This document shows positions 39,001 through 54,000 of a stretch of DNA of 64,000 nt, in pieces. Source of the DNA: Epiperipatus broadwayi (Eukaryota > Animalia > Onychophora); assembly GCA_028023455.1 (NCBI GenBank), contig JAQFVV010000010.1, positions 1,984,001-2,048,000 on the forward strand, in the 5' to 3' direction. The notes beneath the pieces were generated by a model. That model worked only from the letters and a program-made list of their open reading frames with translations, was not told the DNA's origin and did not search any database. The position numbers and the translations under genes are program-made. Each line of letters starts with the position of its first letter. The first letter of the stretch is position 1.

Positions 39001-42000
39001 AATGGGTCAGTTACATTCTCTTAAAGAACTAAATATTAGGGACAACTTAATACAATATTTTCCAGCTTCTTTAAAGTATTTACAGCTTTATACTTTTAGT
39101 GGTAATGTCTTATTTTATAAATTTTTTTTTTTTAATATCTTTTTTTGTTGAAATGTACAAAAATGTAATATAAAAAAGTAGTAATTTCATACTGTATCAG
39201 CTTTATTATTTGCAACATTATTTAAATTGTTTAGATAATTAATTTTGCCCAGCTTATTATTAATAAATCTTACTATTCTATATATATATATTGCTAACTA
39301 AACTGCCATATTTTTTATTATGTGCCATTTCATCTTTGTCCTAACTCGTAAGATGTAATAATATGTTCCTAATAAGATGGCATGGCTTACAAGTTTTTTT
39401 AATTCTTATTTCTCTTGACCATCTAATAAACAAAAGGATTTAAGAAGTATCATTAGCATAATACATGCTTCAAAACAGCAGAAAAATAGTGTTAGAATTT
39501 AATTTGAAAAAAGTCACTGGGACAGGAAATATAGTTGAGAATTAAATAAACCAGAACGTGAAATAGGAGTATAAAAATTTTCCAAAAGAAAAACAGTGGT
39601 GAAATTGATTAAGACATTTATCATTGTTGTGGGGTTTACATTAATAAAAGAAACTCCACTGATTTATATATATATATATCTATTCAGAGCAAGTATGCAT
39701 AAGGACTGTAGATAACCAAATTAGTTAATTTTTTGTCGTCATTTTCTTGTTTTAGCTATGACTTTCCAAAACTGATTGTTGTCATTTAGCTTCTGATGAC
39801 CATCATTAGAAGCAGTCAAGAAAACACATTTCAAAACTTTTTTTTTTTTTTACATTTACTGCGAACTTAGTATTTTGTTATCAGGGAATTTGACTGCAAT
39901 TTTGCATTATAGTTAATTGATTATTGTTTTGATAAGTATTCTATCCAGTCAGTTTTTCTGCTTTTTTTTTTTTAAATGATACGGAAATAATTGGAGAAAC
40001 AAAACAATGTCTTTTATTAAGAAAGAAATTTTTCTTTTAATTTATAGGATATTTTTTCTATGGAAGTAATTTGAAGCTCTCTACACAAACATTAAGTTGA
40101 ATAATGTCATTTTATAGGGAACTTACTTCAGAGATATTTATTTTCTTCTGCTCAATACTGTATTAACAATTAGCAATGAAATAGCTCATAAAATCTCTGG
40201 TAGTTTTGATTATCAAAGACTTGAATGAATCAGTTTCTTTATGTAATCCAATAATTGATTTATTATTTTTTATTAGTTCTTTTATGCATATGCTGGCATT
40301 AGTTTTACAGTGTTCAATTTTTATGATTTTTGATAGTGTTTAGCCTTGTATCCCTGGATCATTTCATCATTATTCTTTTTCAGTGAATCCAATTGTATTA
40401 CATGGCCAAATTAAGTCATTATTAAACTGGTAGTTTGATTTTCAATGATCCTTTAGTTCTAATTTAGTTCAAACATGTCTTTTCTTAACTTAGGTCATTC
40501 ATATCCATAATTCAAAAGCATTATACCCTTAAGTGATTATATTATTTTCAGAATTATTCATGAAATTGTTGTCTCTATCTATTAAATTATTTATAAGCTT
40601 ATCATTTTACTGTGAATAAGGGTTTAGGTTGTTCTTTTAATTTCATAACTAGATTTTCATAAATGTGTGAACTTGAAAAGCCTTTTCTATGATTTGGTGT
40701 ACTTAGGCACTGATATCTTGTGTCCCTTTATTTCTACAAAAATCAATCTATTTGTCCGGTAAATTTATTTTTATAAATTTTCTCATTCTTGTATTTTTCA
40801 CAAGATTTTATTCAAATAGGTATTACAATTATTGAAAAAGTTTAGGTATTTTTTAAAAAGGAATACCCCCCCCCCCCATTCTGAAATAACTAATTCCAAT
40901 TCAATAAACATCAGCTTTTTAATTGAAAAATTGATGTGATATAACCCCATCATATAATTTTTCAGGGAATCAAATTGAATCATATCAATGTGCAACACCT
41001 TTATTTGGAAAAGTCACTTTACTATTAATTTATGATTTCCTAAGGGAGAGAGTCATAACAAATCTGATATAATTTATATCATATTACACCTTTATAGTTG
41101 TGAGAATGAATGCTTCTTAATGATATGATACACTAATTTTTGAATGATTATTCAGACATGGCCATGTGTGAATTGTATGTCAAGTCAAGAAAGCAACATC
41201 TAAATGAGTCATCTTCTGCATCATTAATTTCAAAATTTTGAAAGATTGATGACATCTATAAAAATGAATATTTTGGCAGACTCGTATTTTTAAATGTTAG
41301 TTGTAGTAATTGATAAATTGCAATAATAATAAATAATATTTTACTTTTTTTTCCACAAAGGAAAGATCATTCAAATTCAGCACATTATATTTTCAGCTCA
41401 TAGCCAACATTTCAACCAAATAATTTTAATTTTTATATCCTGATACAAAAACAAATTATATTCTTCCATTAAATAGGCTGCCTTCTGATAGAGATCCAAA
41501 CAAAAAGAAAATGAACTAAGTGACAAGCCAAATAATAGTAAAAAAAAAGGAGGGGGGGGGGATACAAATGTTCTTTTACATTTCAAATAAACTTTATTAT
41601 TAGAGTGTGAATTATGTAGTATATTTTGAAAATAGACTCATTGAAGTTTTCTTATTCAAAGGGAATCAACTGCTTTAATAACATGATCTCTATTCTCTAT
41701 GAGGTTTGAAGACAATGGTTCAGTTCATTCCGTGAGGGATTATAAGGATGTTTGGATGCTGTGGATTTTGAAAAGACTCCAAGTGTTCTCATAAAGGAAT
41801 TTTGTTGATAGAATTTCATCTTTTTTTTTAAATCTTCTTAAGGGTACTGATAAATATTGCCTTTGCATCTGGCGGTGAGATATTGAAGGTGATCTTGCAT
41901 CTAGTTGTCCACAGTGAGTATGTAATAAAGGTTAACATTCTTATGTGAGGGAAGTTTCGGTCCTTCATGCAATCCTTTATAGATAGAATCCTATAATAGT

Positions 42001-45000
42001 CCATTGACGTATTTTGGGCTATCATTAGCCTTACTGATGTTAAGCCTGTGCAGGATAGAATCGTATGCTTGAATGTTTCTTCCTGTCTGTTACAGATAGG
42101 ACAGGAAGGATCTATGTTTTTTAGAAATCTTCTGTAATGAAGGAAATAGTTTGTTGGAATTGAGATCAAGTTAGCTTTGATTAAAAAATCTAGGAACTTT
42201 GGCTCCATCAACAATAACTTGAAAAGTGTAGTGATTTTATAATTTGTGACTCCAAATCTTGGTTTTAATTGTGAAGGTTGGGGGTTCATTAATGAATGGG
42301 CAGTCCACATGGAGATTTTCGTGTGAAAACGCTCGGAGGAGTTACCATTGAATTTGTAAAGATGGGAGAGGATTTGGTCTATCCAAGAGGTCTTTTCAGG
42401 AGGGGGCGTATCGGTGAGAAATATTAGTTCTGTTGTGAGGAAGCTGTTGTATGTTTGTGTCAGGTTGACTACCACTGTGTGCTTTTTGATAGAAAATTGC
42501 CTAAATGGAATGAAGGGACATTCTATTCAGTTTCCTATGGAATTGCATTTTTGCTGTGTTGATGGAAGAAGTGTGACTCTTGCAAAACAATCTTGCACAT
42601 AGCCTGTAAACTCTGGATAGGAATGTCTTGGTGATGGTAATGAATGGAAGATAGTAGGTGATCTTGGCCATTACTTTCATATTCAACAGAGCCAAGTTGC
42701 CCTGCAGAGATAAATAGACCTTCGAAAGCCCCTGTGTAAGGTGATGGCTTGTTCAATAATGGTATTCTGAATATTTTTGGTCATGGCGAGTTGAGACTTA
42801 TATATAGGGAACCCCAAGAAATTTGGAATGGATTCTCTTCCCGTTTAATATTCGCCATGTGGTTAATACGAAGTTGAGATGAACCAGAAAATTTGTCAAG
42901 TAAATGGTAAAGCAGTTCAAGATACTTATGTGATGGGAGGAATATGATGACGTCATTGATTAATTAAAAAATAAAATTCTAACCCATGTTTTCTTTGAAA
43001 CTTTTTTCCTTATTGAATCAAAAAATCAGTAACATGAAGATAAAACATCAAAATTCCAACTTTTATTATGATCAGTTTTAAAGATTTAAGACATCAGTAT
43101 TAATGTACTATAACAGGGGTGGGAAAAGAGCCACACCCTATTATTTAAGTACACAAAAATACATAAGTCAAATATTTAAGTTAATTAATATAATAACATA
43201 TTCTAAACAAGTTTTAAGTGCTGCATAAAGTATATAAGAAAATATGATTAAGAGAAATAAATAAAATACAAAATAATTATTTCAAAATTTTAATAATAAA
43301 AATAAAATATAATAATAAAAATTTATTAATAAAAAATATATGGATTTAATAGAAGACCTTTGGTCAAATCTTTGAAATTTGATATTTAATTTGTTAAAAC
43401 TGTTTGCAGTAATTCTGTGAGGTGTTGATTGGTCAACTGTGAATGATATTTCAACTTTATGGAGTACAACAATTTGCAGGAATATGTTGTACCAAAAATT
43501 GAAATTAGATGGCAAACAACTTTCTTTAAGTGTGGATATTTGATTCTGGCACAAGTTTCCAAAATTCAATTAGATAATTAGATTTGTGATGTATTTGCAA
43601 TGTCTGATATTCTTTAACCTGTAATAACTCCAACTCCCCAGTAACTTTTTGACAAGTATTATTTCAAAAATTGGAAATCCATCTTCAATAATTTCACAAA
43701 TAAATGGATCAGAAAATATGCAAATGTAGATTTAAACTTTTCAATCTTCAAACCTGTGTTTGAAATCTGCTTGCAATCCTTCCAGTATTTCTTCTTTGAT
43801 ATTATCTATTGTACATTTGATTTTAATCATAGAAAATGATTAAATATTTTAAACTTAAGATTGTGCACAAAAAGCTGGAGTTTAGTTTCAAAACTATATA
43901 CTATATATTAAGAGTTTGCAAATGTTCCATAATGTCTGTAAAGAACTTTAAGTCAGAAAGTCAAGTTTCATTTTCTAATTCTGTGTATTTTTTCACTTTT
44001 TCTTTTAAAAATGTTATGATAGGATTCAGAAATTCCACAAAATGTTATTAAGTTGACAACCATCTTATAACAGATCATAAGGAGAGATCACTGGGCAATT
44101 CATCTGTTTCATCATTTAATTTGATGGTGTGTTTTGGCATTTGTTCTAATTAAATTCACAATTTGCAAAACAATCTTCCACACATTTTCATATTTTAAGT
44201 ATTTCGCTTTGAAATGCTTTCAGAGATACAAAATGTGGAATTTTAGCATCGTTGTTTAAAAGACCAATAATACCTAGGTTTTTCCCTATCATTTCAGAGG
44301 CCCCATCAATCGCAACACTTACAAGTTTATCATGAGGCAATTCACTCCTTTTCATTACCTCACCAAACACATTTTAGACATTGATACTGTGAGTTGTTTT
44401 GGTAAGAGCTAATAGGTCTAATACTTCTTTCTTCACATTTATGTTTGCAGATACATAGTGAACAAAAATGGCCAATTGTGGAACATCCTGAATGCCTGTA
44501 AACTTGTCGAGAGCTAAACTGAATGCTATACAGTTTTTCATATCACATGTCAAACTATTTTCAACATTTTTACTAATTTCACTAACATGATGCCCAGTTG
44601 TATATTTATGACTTAGGAACTTGTGTGATCAATTTATGCAGTTTTGTACTATCTGGATCCAAAACTTTAACCTCTTTTTCCAAGTTTCTTTTAACAACTT
44701 CTTCTTCTCCATGTACACGTTTGGCATAAGCAATATTCCAAGATATCTAAAAATAATTTCTTTGTTCACAATTTTGAATTGTATGGATATTGAATTGAAA
44801 AGTAGGGATGACTTCATAATGTCAACATATATATGCTTACTTTGTAGTTTGCAATTGTAACTTTACAAATAAGACACAATGACTTTCCATTATTGTAAAT
44901 AAAAGCTATTTTTTCTACTTATTCTCTCTGAAATTTTCTTGTTTATATTTTTGTTTTACGATATTTTCTGAAGTCATGTTAACAAAAAATTTAAATAAAT

Positions 45001-48000
45001 AATTAAAATATCTAAATGTTAATTCTTGTTTAAAAGGTTCAATTATGCAACAAATTGTCAAAAAACAGGGCTTCTTAAAATAAAATAGGAATAAAAACAA
45101 TTTAAAATAATTAAAAACAATTTTTAATTATATTTATTTTTGGTTGATATTTTCCTGATAATTCTTAAATGTCTGTTTTATTATAGATGTTTTATTATTA
45201 TTTACCATCAAAAATAGAAACAACATAATCAAAATCAAGCAAATGCTTTCCAGTTTTATTTTCAGTATTTTTTTATATAATTGTTTTAAAAAAACATGAA
45301 ACTCTAAATGCAGTAAGTATAAACAATTGAAATATTTTTTTAAAATCTGGATGCATGTCTTTAGAAAGCTTGCACTAATGCCATGCACATCATAAACAAG
45401 TTTAAATTGCTTAATAAAACAGTCTACTTACCAGATTTTTTGAAAAAATATAAAATAGGACATTTAGCTGATAGGAAAACTATCACTGAAGTATATAATC
45501 ACAAAATTGCACAAATCATAAATATATATGTGATTATCCCTTACACGCATTTAGTAATTTTATGATTCGGTAGATGTCATTAACATAGTTTACTAATATA
45601 TTTGAAAATTTTCTGTACATGCATAAATGATGTAATTTATTATATAATAAGTAATAAAAATGTTTGATAAAATTTTTTATCATATTACAAATTTTTGTGC
45701 AATTAAAAAAAAATAAAAATAAAATCAGATTTAAATGGGAGCTGCATGCAGCTCTGAGAGCCACATTTGCCTGCTGTTATACTATTATTAATTTATGATA
45801 ATAGCAAAGAAAGTAATACTGTTTAAGGCTCGAACAGGATCTTTAGCAACAAAAGAATATACACATAAATGGAAAAATGTGAGTGATTTAGTCTGCAAGT
45901 TGTGTAAGGAAGGCATAGAAAATATTAGGCATCTTGTCTGAAAGCAAAAAGGGTACAAATCATGAAGTTGTGGAATAATAAATATCAAGAAAGTGATTAT
46001 ACAGAAAATGGGTTATTGGTTTTTATGCTGGGTTTGGGAAAAGATAAGGGGGATTTAGATATAAAGGCTATGGAGTTGACAAAGATTGTGTTGTAGAAAT
46101 GGTATGGAGCAGGATAGAAGAATTTGAGAAAACTTAGGGTGAGTAATGAAAAGGGAAGGTAAAGTGGCTAACAGGTTTCTCTTGGCATAATGGCTGAGAG
46201 ATTCCGACTCTGTATAAGGAGAAGTCACAGTGCATCACATCACTATAATGTTGGAAAAGACTGGGAGAGGGTGACGTAGATATTATACAATATATTTATT
46301 TGCTTTCAAGAATATGAGTTAGGAAAAAAAAATCATTTATTTTTTTTAAAAAAATGGCCTTTTTGTTATACAATTTGTAATTTATTTATTTTTTGTATCT
46401 TGATAATGTATAATATCTAAGCCACCCTCCCCATCCCCATTATTTTTAGACATATTTGTAGTAACGCTTTTATTTTTTGAAAAAAAAATTTAAAATACCA
46501 TAATAAATTATTTAAACATTAGGAAAAATTTCTATATTTTCTTTTCAAAATACTGATTTTTTTTTTTTTTTTTGATTCAGCAAGAAAAAATAAAGGTTTT
46601 TGGTGATGGTAGTTGAAACTTTATTTTTTAATTATGTGAATTAAATCAAGTTTATTAATCAAGATTGTTTTGGTTCTAAATCTCAACACAAAATTTCTGT
46701 TATTGGAGAGGATTAAACAACAAAACTTTTTCATTATAGTCTGGAATCCAAAGAAACATTCTATAAAAATGTTTAATAATATAAAAGGAAATTCTGTGTT
46801 TCTTTTTATCCATTAAGTTATTTTTAAATTGAATATAGTAATTAACATTTATTAATTCAGTTAGTATATTTATTTAACTACAAAATATTTCTCCAAAGTA
46901 TAATTTCAGTGGCATTTTTTTTTAAAAAAAAAAGATAAGTACATCAAAAAAAAATTGCATTAATGAAAAATATAATACAAACCCAAAAATTTAAACTATG
47001 GAGAGCATGTATCTGTGCATACATTACTATATAATTCATACAGAAATGATGAGATAATCACACTTATTTATTAAAATGTGTAGATCCCCCATGACAGATA
47101 ATTGTTAAAAATCACCTAATATTTTTGGAAAACACTAAACTGTTCATCTGCAGACCTCCTACTATTATTAAATAGAATCAAAAATCCATGCCCTCAGTTT
47201 CAGAATTTTTATATATAGAATTCTAACCAGAAAAAAGATTATCAATACTGATGCTTTTTTTAATATGCTGTACTACTTTGATATTGTGACAGTGAAAGGA
47301 AAGGGGGAGATGACCTGGAGCAACATCATAATAATGATTGTGCAATAGATTTTGAATACTACTGTACATATTTTATGAATTTAAATTCATTTTACTTTTT
47401 AAAAGCTTTTGTTTTTGTGGAGTACTTATTTAATATGTTATGTTTAAATTATATTTTCTAATAAATTAGTTTTACTTACCATAATAATGATATATGTTTT
47501 CTCATTCCCAAAACCATAATATTAACAATGAGTAAAACTTTATATTTTCTAAAATTTTCCTTTTGAAATGTTCATTCATACTTTTATTGTGATTATTTTT
47601 TGATAAATATTTTATAATTTTTATTTTTAAAAATATTTGAAATTATTATTTATTCATTTTTAGTTTCACAAAATCCTTTATTAGATGATAGAGACAAAGT
47701 TGCCATAGCGAGTTTAACAGTCCATTGTCCTAATTTAGTGCCAACGCTTGTAGAACTCTCTGCTCATAAAATAGCTAGAGAAAACATTAAATGGCATCCT
47801 AATGAACTTCCAAAAGAATTACAAGGTAGAACTATATTTTTTTTGTTGTTTTAATTTTTATTTTAGCACTTCTTCATATTTTTTAATTATTTTTAAAATC
47901 ATTATCATTATGCTATATAAAAAAAAAACCAATTATAAATTATTTTCTTGTTTTCGTAACAATTAATATGAATAATCATAAAATAAATACAAAAATATTC

Positions 48001-51000
48001 TTCATTTCAACTATGATTACCTCACTTTTTTGTTTGTATGTTGATTCTCTAAGTCATGGAATAATTTCTGTGATCAAGAACTTCTTGCTAACATTTATTT
48101 TCACTAATAGAATTGGATCATAATAATATTCAAGAATTAATTTTATTTTGGTGGAGCTCCAAACTTATTAAGAGATGGCAAACTATCACTGATGATGATC
48201 ATGAATTATCACTTAGTACCTAATGCCCAGTTACTTAAATCTGCTTTTGGACAGAAAACTTAACATACACATCCAATAAATAGAATTGGTATTAAGCTTT
48301 ATAACATTTGGTAAAAATTATAAAGAATCAATTTTTAATTAATTTGAGATGTACAAATTAATTTACGAAAATAAAATAGCCAATTCATGAATCATATAAA
48401 TACTGATTATATATTTTCAATAATTGGTGCAAATTCCCATGTTGAGATATCATTCCATAAAAAGAATTTTTTTTAAAAAAAATAAATAAATATTGTATAT
48501 TTATCTTAATTGTTTTTAATAACTATTAATTAATGAATATACTCACAGAAAAGATAGTTTTTTAATATTTAATTTTATTACTGCCTAGCATGCTTTCATT
48601 ATAATTAATATATCATATTCATGGCTTCAAATAGTGTGATTACAAGTTCTTTACATCAGTTTTTAATTATTATCTAATAAGCTATTCAGCATATTTAAAT
48701 TATTAGTTATTACATTTGCTCAGAAAAAAAAAAAATTAGTAACACTTAATTGTCTTTCTAGGTTGAATCATTTGTGGTTATTTGATTGTTGTGTTGAGTT
48801 CTCGAGCAACTATCCAATTCATTAATTTATTATTATTAGATGGTAAAGATGTAAATGAGTTTATTATTCAATTTACACTTTCTCATTCCAACTTTACTTG
48901 AGTAGATCGATTACATATACACAGAACTGTTTCTCTGTTGAGGGACATTTTCTATAAAAGCTTTTATAATAATATTATGTCATTTGAAATATGGTGTAAA
49001 CTGACTGAATCACTTATTAAATGATAGATATGTATATTATAAATCAAAAGATGTTATAGCTGAATAATATACATGCCCCTCTTCTTTTTTTTTTCAGCAA
49101 AGAAACTTCCCTAAAACTGATAAGCAACTTTACTGAGTTTATTGACATGCAACATAAGCTGTTGTGAAGCATAGTGCTATTTTTAGAATTAAGATGATAA
49201 AAAAAAAGTAAGCAAGACCGTATCTATTTCTATTATAACATATAATAACGACATTTCACTCTTCTTACTCTGTAATGCAACTGTAATGCAAAATATATTT
49301 ATTTATTCTTTACAGTTTCAACTGTTTCCAGCAGTATTCGTCAGATCTACAAAATTTAAACGTTATATCAATACAACCATATTTCATACATATATCTATT
49401 ATAATCTTACAATTTTATCAATTTAATTATTAACATCACTTTATTCATTAAACTTACTATTCTGTAACTTTTAACTTTTTAATTCTATTTTATTCTTTAT
49501 TTATTTTTATTCTTAATTGTTATATTTATATTTATTCACTTTTTATCTTTGCCATAATTTTAGAAATTCAATGTAATATCTTATATTATTTATTATATTC
49601 ATATATTTAACCTTATTTTTCATTTCACTTATTTCTACATATTATCTTAATTTTTTTTATTATCTTATTCCATTCCTTTTTTTATCCATATTTTATTCCC
49701 GTTTCTTTCATTTACTTTATTTTTATAAAATTATTTTTATATGTATTTTTTATTTCTTACCTTATTCTCTACTTTTTCTCTTTCCTCCACCATTTTCTCT
49801 TTCCCATCATCCTTTCTATTTCCTTTTCCTTTTTTTTATTTTTATATACAGCTCCCTCTATTATCTATTATACAAACTCCTTATTTATTTTATTTTTTTA
49901 TTATTTTTCACTTTTTATTTTTTACCCTTTTTTTATATTTATTTTTTATACTAAGATTATTTTTAAACCCCCTTCTCTATTAATATTTTGTTTTATCTTC
50001 TTTATTAAAATTGCCTCCTTTATTTTTCTATCTCTTTCTACTACTTGCATAACTGACCATTCTAATATTCTCTTTTTCTAGTTTATGACCGATCTCCATA
50101 AAATGCATATATACGGGTGATCCTCTATCATATTTATATTATTTTCACCTAGTATATATTGAATTTTTTGTCTCACTTATATATTTATTTGTAATCCCTT
50201 TATCCTTACATTTTCTACATTCTATCTCATAAACCCCATTTGTATAATTATTTTCTCCACTTATATACCTATTATCTAAAATATCCATTACATTTTTCTT
50301 CCTTTTATTCACTACTTTATATTTAATAACATTTTTAAATTCTTTATTAATTTTTCTAATAATATTATTAATTCCCCTTACTATACTACTATCATTAACT
50401 TTTATTCCTATGTATTCCGTCTTTTCTTATTATTTTCCCCTCTTCCTTTCCCTTTTTTTTATATGACTCTTCTATCTTTTTTATGTTCTTTTTATTACCT
50501 CTTCTGGATATTCATTTTTCTTGAAATCTTTCTTTAGTCTATTTATTTCTTTATCATATTCCTCTCCTTCATCACAATAATATTTTGCTCTATATACCTT
50601 AGAACTTATAGCACTAATCCTATGCTTTTTATCCATATTAGAAACACAATTCACTGCATTTGTAATACCCATTTTTCTATTATTCAGAAGAGGTAATAAA
50701 AAAGAATATAAAAAGATAGAAGAGTTATATAAAAAAGACGGAAAGGAAGAATGGAAAATAAAAAGAAAAGAAGGAATACATAGGAATAAAAGTTAATGAT
50801 AGTAGTATAGTAAGGGGAATTAATAATATTATAAAAATTAATAAAGTATTTTCAAATGATATTAAATATAAAGTAGTGAATACAATGAAGAAAAATGTAA
50901 TGGATATTTTAGATAATAGATATATAAGTGAAGAAAAGAAGTATATAAATGGAGTTTATGAGATAGAATGTAGAAAATGTAAGGATAAAGGGATTACAAA

Positions 51001-54000
51001 TATATATATAGATGAGACAAAAAATTCAATATATATTAGGTTAAAACAATATAAATATGATAGAGGATCACCGGTATATATGCATTTTATGGAGACTGGT
51101 CATAAACTAGAAAAAGAGAATATTAGAATGATAAGTTGTGCAAGTAGTAGAAAGAGATAGACAAATAAGGGAAGCAATTTAAATAAGGATAAAACCAAAT
51201 ATTAATAGAGAAGAGGTAAAAAATAAAACATGAAAACTAATAAAAAAAAAAAATAAGTAGTTTTTTATAATAGATGGAGCTCTATATAAATATAAAAAAA
51301 AGGAAGTAGGAAGGATGATGGGATAGAGAAAATGGTGGAGGAAAGAGAGAAAAAGTAGAGAATAAGGTAAGAAATAAAAAATACATATAAAAATTAAGTA
51401 AATGAAAGGAGGAATAAAATATGGATAAAAAAGAATTAAGGAATAGAATAAGATAATAAAAATATTAAGATACATAGAAATAAGTGAAATGGAAAATGAG
51501 GTTAAATATTTGAATATAATAATATAAGAAGGCTATCATAAATATTATATTGAATTTCTAAAATTATGGCAAAGATAAAAGGTGAATAAATATAAATATG
51601 ATAATAATTAAGAATAAAAATAAATAAAAAAATAGATAAAATAGAATTAAAAAGTTAAAAGTTATAGAATAATAAGTTTTATGAATAAAATAATGTTAAT
51701 AATTAAGTTGGTAAAATTGTAAGATTATAATAGATATATGTATGAAATATGGCTGTATTGATATAATGTTTAAATTTTGTAGATCTGACAAAGACTGCTG
51801 GGAATAGTCGAAACTGTAAAGAATAAATAAATATATTTTGCTTTAAAGTGTAAGAAGAGTGAAATGTTGTTATTATATGTTATATAAAAAAAACAAAAAT
51901 AAAGAAGGAAAGAGGAAGAGAAAGTATTGAAGATCTATCTATTGCTATTATAATTAGAAAAAGGAAGCTAGTATATTTCTGGTTGTTCAATTAACTATAT
52001 TTTATTTAAGTGTCTCAGATAAATATTTACATTTTAACAAATTTGAACATTCCTTTGAATAATAGGAGTTGGATAGAAATAGTTATTCATCATTTACAAC
52101 AATGAACTTAGATCATATCCATGTGTTGTGAGAGGATTGTAGGTGTGACATGAAAATTTTTGAAGATCATTAATTAAATAATTTTCAAAAGAAGTCCAAA
52201 GCACAATAAGTGTATGTATCAAAATTAAAATCCCTTTAAATTTATTATATGAATATATCATTATTAGAATAAATAAACATACACTTAATATAGTAAAAAT
52301 TATATATGCCTAAGAAAAAATATATATGCATAATACTGGTTTATTTCTAAAATGTACAAGATGTAGCCTTGAAAAATGAGATTGTGCAACATACCTGTAG
52401 ATGGTGCAATTTGTCATAATCATCTGAAGTGAATTTTGCTTAAACAAATTTTGACCCAGCAATCCCTTGTTGTGAGCTGTCATACAACTCTATCTAGATT
52501 TGAAATAGTAAAGTACTTGGACATAATTACCTTTCATATCCTTGCTATTTATTTATTTTTTGCTTTGGGATTTTTTGTTTTTATTACATGACATTCAAAT
52601 AAAATGGACAAGTTTTTAATTAAAAAACAAAAATTAGAAGACAAAGTTAATGCATTGAATGCTGTTTCATTCAGTAAATCAGCAACCAAATTATTCATTA
52701 AGATAAAGAAAGTTATTTATTGTTTGGCTTTATGTATAGTAAAGAAAATCCATCATTTCCCATGTGTTAGCAAATGAAGTCATGGTTTCTAGAAAATTAA
52801 AGAGACATTTCAGATATTCCCACTTGTCGAATAAGCTGGTGAAATATTTCAGAAGACTTGCACTCAGTAATACTAAACAAGCAAAAATATGGATCTAATA
52901 TGCAACAATATCAGATAAAACACAAGAAGCAAGTTATGCAATTGCAGAAATCATAGCTGGGGAAATTAAAATCTCATACAATTGCAGAATCCATTATTTT
53001 ATCAGCCTACTGTGCAATTGTAGAAACATTTTGGAGAAGAATAGAAAAAGGAAATTTTAAAAATTCTATTTTTAGATTATACATTTTCTCAGTATACTAA
53101 GGATTTATCTGAAAATATAGAATTTTAAATATCTTGTATCGAAGAATAAACATATTTTAATTCAGTTAGTTGAATCTACTGATACCAGAGGTAAAGTTCA
53201 ACTTTTATCAATATATTTGTTTGCAAAGAAGAAATCATAAAACAGTTTTTATTTTGTCAATTACTCCAAACAACAACAACAAAGGGCCAAGATATTTTTG
53301 ATTTGATTGACAATTATTTCAATAGTAAAAATTTGTCTTGTAATTCCTGTATAAGCATTTGTACAGATAGTGTCCTGTCTGGGTCTAGAAGGATAAGAGG
53401 ATTTGTTACTTTGCACAAAAAAAGAATCCAAAAGTTACTTTTATGTTTTCCATACAGAGACATACTAGCATAAAAATCATTAGTGTGAATTACAGAAAAT
53501 CCTAGATGGCACTGTTGAAATGATTAATTATAAAGAAGGCAGGCCATTGCAGTCAAGATTATTTGTAAAATTTTGTACAGCTCTTATTGTATCAGAAGTG
53601 AGATGATTATCTCAAGGAAGAATTCTTTCAAGACTATGAATTAAAAAAAGAAATATCAACTTTTTTTTAAATGCAGCGTTCTAAATTAAGAAATTTACTT
53701 TGCCACGAGATTTGGTGTAATCAAGTTGGCATTTTTTGCAGATTTATTCAGGGAAATTATGAAAATATTCTCACATCAATTGATAAGAAAAGAAATATAA
53801 ATAGTAATATAACTAATTGGCATTCAAATATAAAATAAATACAATTCATTTTAGAATTCATAGAGCAGTAAATTATTGTTCAAATAAAGAAGATTATGTT
53901 AAACAAATAGATTTAATTAAAAAAGAATTTATAAATAATGATTATCCAAATAAATTTATAAATGATAATAGATAGATTATTAGACAATAAGATAGAGTAT

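Noticed and set aside
41828-42475. Longest ORF (215 aa) as a nested host gene
   Set aside because: It carries the zf-RVT knuckle and W..R...F motif of LINE ORF2, and the upstream frame is broken by stops
49741-51475. F/L/I-rich ORFs (49741-49983 +, 51179-51475 -) as membrane proteins
   Set aside because: They are antisense readings of the A-rich PLE 3' region and mirror each other across the inverted repeat
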